DNA of 37,954 bases from a virus (taxonomy: Duplodnaviria; Caudoviricetes): the IMG/VR virus record IMGVR_UViG_3300027798_002114, positions 1 to 37,954 of that record. One strand, 5' to 3'. Below, in pieces: positions 35,562-37,954 of this stretch. Made by a program: the position numbers and the translations under genes. Every line of letters begins with the position of its first letter. The stretch's first letter is position 1. The notes under the pieces were generated by a model. The model saw only the letters and a program-made list of their open reading frames with translations. It searched no databases and had not been told where the DNA came from.

Positions 35562-35924
35562 TTAGGATACTGTAATGTGTGTACCTAAAGTAACTGTTGC
35601 GCCAGCAAAGCTGTAGCCGTTTACTGTACCTAAAGCAGCAATACGTGCTGCCAAGCCAGTTGCGTCAACTGCGTGACCGTCAACGATAACGTGGATAACA
35701 CCACTTGTGCTTGTTGATTCAAACATCAATGGTTGAACTTCACGGAAAACTGCTTCGATAGCGCCACCGATACCGCCTTGGCCTGCTAATGTAGCGCCGC
35801 AGTCGATAACGAATGCTTTCAATTGCATTACGCTGAATAATACGCCATGTGTATGGCCTGATGTGTCTACGCCGTCACTGTTTGTATAAGCGGCTACTGG
35901 ATTGACTCTTGTTGATGTTGACAT
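35562..35924 (-). CDS. Small putative structural protein
   Basis: Has its own TAAATA promoter, GAGGAG RBS and terminator; Ala/Gly/Thr/Val-rich. Confidence 0.6.
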   Translation of the reverse strand: MSTSTRVNPVAAYTNSDGVDTSGHTHGVLFSVMQLKAFVIDCGATLAGQGGIGGAIEAVFREVQPLMFESTSTSGVIHVIVDGHAVDATGLAARIAALGTVNGYSFAGATVTLGTHITVS

Positions 35925-36008
35925 AATAATCTCCTCGTGTATGTCGTGTCCTTTCTCTAAGGACTGCCTACCCCGTGTAGGCCTTTGTATTATTATTTAC
36001 CAAAAGAC

Positions 36009-36037
36009 AAAAAAAACACCAGGATATGGTGTTTTTT
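36009..36037 (-). terminator. Intrinsic terminator
   Basis: AAAAAACACCA/TGGTGTTTTTT inverted repeat with a U run. Confidence 0.7.
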
Positions 36038-36051
36038 AAAGAGATAAGTTA

Positions 36052-37197
36052 TTACTTAGGAGTCCAGCGTTTACGAGGTACTAGCTTAACATTTCCGAAC
36101 TGTTTTTCAGGGCCTGCATAGCGAACACGACCTTCACCATGTGTATCCCAGATTTCGCCCTGTCCCTGCTCTACTTGTGCAATCACAGTATCTTTAAGAT
36201 CCATAATACGCCCAACAAGGCCAAATATAGCTTCTAATGCGCGAGCATATTGTTGTGCTAGTTGTTCAATCTTAGTCTGCTTGGGTTCACTAACTTTACT
36301 AGATTTAAGCCAAGCTAGGAAGTTCTGTGCGCCTAGGTTATCAAGTTGTTTAGCTTTGGCTGTTTGATTAACATAGGTATACAATATATTCTTTAGATCG
36401 CCTAGGCCAGTAGTGCCTTGTAGGAATCCGTCAATTGCCGCACTGTGTTGACTTAGGTACTGTTCTACACTGTCAATAGCACTAGTATCTAAACTAACAG
36501 GATTACTGTTATACACAGGACCTTGCACAATCAGTGCAGGGTTAGTGTTAAACATGCTGAAATCGTCCATGGGCTTTTGCGCACTGTCATCCATGCCAAA
36601 CTCTGGAAAGTAAGCATGTCCCACAACCATAACTTGTGCATTGCTGATCTGCTGTCCTAGTGGACTGTCTGCTTTAACGTGATAGCAGGTTTGACTGTTG
36701 GGATTAGGACAGAATGTATACACGCCCTGTTCGTCTATTTGGGGTTGTTGCAAAAACAATCCGTCTGCGTAGACAAATCCCGCAAAGTTCTTTGGTGTAG
36801 CTGCATCAAACAGTGGATACAGGCTGGCAAACTGCTTGCCAAACGCCCGGCGCTCTTTTGCCTGTTCAGGAGTCTTTGGACTGCCGCTTTTGTTAACAAT
36901 AAAGTCGTAGACATCTTTGGGATTATCGCTAGCAGCACCACGGCTCCAACCATTGTGTCCTGCTAGAATTAGTGGGCCACCTTTGCGTTCACGACCCCAA
37001 TAGATTTGCGGATTGCCGTCCCACTTCATACGTACACTCTTACTGCCTTCTGCTGTGGCTATTTCTTTTAGGTGCTCAAGAGCTTCCATAGTGCCTTTGC
37101 TACCATGAAAGAACACTAGGTCTTCTAGGTGATTAAAAGCACGACCTAGTTTTTTTGTAGCAGCTTCTGCTTCCTGCAGGAACTCACGTGCTCTCAT
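36052..37197 (-). CDS. ATP-dependent ligase-like (KxDG) protein, DUF6267-like
   Basis: HLEDL, KWDG, YADG, GEG, VKLV in ligase motif order. Confidence 0.55.
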   Translation of the reverse strand: MRAREFLQEAEAATKKLGRAFNHLEDLVFFHGSKGTMEALEHLKEIATAEGSKSVRMKWDGNPQIYWGRERKGGPLILAGHNGWSRGAASDNPKDVYDFIVNKSGSPKTPEQAKERRAFGKQFASLYPLFDAATPKNFAGFVYADGLFLQQPQIDEQGVYTFCPNPNSQTCYHVKADSPLGQQISNAQVMVVGHAYFPEFGMDDSAQKPMDDFSMFNTNPALIVQGPVYNSNPVSLDTSAIDSVEQYLSQHSAAIDGFLQGTTGLGDLKNILYTYVNQTAKAKQLDNLGAQNFLAWLKSSKVSEPKQTKIEQLAQQYARALEAIFGLVGRIMDLKDTVIAQVEQGQGEIWDTHGEGRVRYAGPEKQFGNVKLVPRKRWTPK

Positions 37198-37934
37198 AAT
37201 AGTATATCCATCATGTTACGGAACCATTCGTTAGTACCTGCTGTTTGTTTAGGTTTACGCTCTGCCCAATTCTTATCTTGTTTGACATGTGCTAGCAATG
37301 CCTGTGCTTGTTCTTCTGGCAAGCTGGCCATGATAGCTTCTACTGAATCAATGTTATCACCTGTGGCATTAGGTCCTAGTAATGTTTGTGCAATAGCATC
37401 CCAATCATCTGCAACTAGTTCGCCTTTCTTACCTTCTGGTGTGCGAGCAAAAAGCCCTTGCCATGCTGAATACATATAGCCCTTGCTTTTAGCTAGTTGG
37501 GCTAGCATTAGCTGTTTACCTACACCTTTGTATACTGATCCTTTGGGAATCTTGTGCTGGTGATAGCGGCTAACTTTAGCCACATTAGGAATAGTTTCTA
37601 GGTCAACTTGATAAAACTCGTCACCTACTGGCAAGCGTACGAATACATTAACCCCTGCTTGACGCACTTGGAATCCACGATCCTGCACAAACTGTGCCAG
37701 TGCTTTACGGGCTGATTTATCATCGTCTGTTTTAAACTTGGTTTTAACTTCGTCTAGGTCAACTTGTAAGTCCATGTCTCCACTCATTTCACCTGGTGTA
37801 GGAGTATGTGCGCTGCCAATGGCCACGCTGTTCAGTCCTAATGGATTTAGAATAGCATCCATTTTAGCCTTCATTTCCGGGGCCAGTGCTTGATCAAACT
37901 CTTTAGTGTCCGGAAATATTACATTCTTACTCAT
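37194..37934 (-). CDS. Pol-beta superfamily nucleotidyltransferase-like protein
   Basis: IGSA...SGDMDLQVD...YQVDL. Confidence 0.65.
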   Translation of the reverse strand: MSKNVIFPDTKEFDQALAPEMKAKMDAILNPLGLNSVAIGSAHTPTPGEMSGDMDLQVDLDEVKTKFKTDDDKSARKALAQFVQDRGFQVRQAGVNVFVRLPVGDEFYQVDLETIPNVAKVSRYHQHKIPKGSVYKGVGKQLMLAQLAKSKGYMYSAWQGLFARTPEGKKGELVADDWDAIAQTLLGPNATGDNIDSVEAIMASLPEEQAQALLAHVKQDKNWAERKPKQTAGTNEWFRNMMDILL

Positions 37935-37954
37935 TGCCTTTGCTTTCCTGTATT

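Noticed and set aside
1-37954. Bacterial chromosome origin, or an alternative genetic code
   Set aside because: PAAR and tail genes, T4-type promoters and incomplete host operons indicate a phage. Conserved genes are intact in code 11 and all three stops are used.

Overview
A gene-dense fragment of a large T4-like (myovirus/jumbo) phage genome, almost all on the minus strand. Host-type DnaK, IscU, IscA, AhpC/D and a DUF4214-like protein suggest a proteobacterial, possibly betaproteobacterial, host (inference). It carries an auxiliary stress and translation region (ahpC/ahpD, heme oxygenase plus bilin reductase, clpS, hsp20, dnaK, bS21, iscU/iscA, glutaredoxin, nrdA/nrdB) and a late region (PAAR, tail-fibre-like protein, probable head-internal proteins, nucleotidyltransferase- and ligase-like proteins). 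The most interesting signals are at RNA level and are missed by the ORF track: (1) a circularly permuted two-piece tmRNA with a 27-aa tag whose intervening segment holds a degenerate tRNA-like element inside a 12-bp inverted repeat; (2) two identical C-A9-G slippery sites with downstream hairpins and open -1 frames, suggesting programmed frameshifts; (3) ROSE-like RNA thermometers before both hsp20 and dnaK; (4) a recurrent TAAATA late-promoter motif, in places embedded in RBS-occluding hairpins; (5) T4 capsid-targeting-like N-termini on several enzymes. All calls come from reading motifs by eye; no searches were run.
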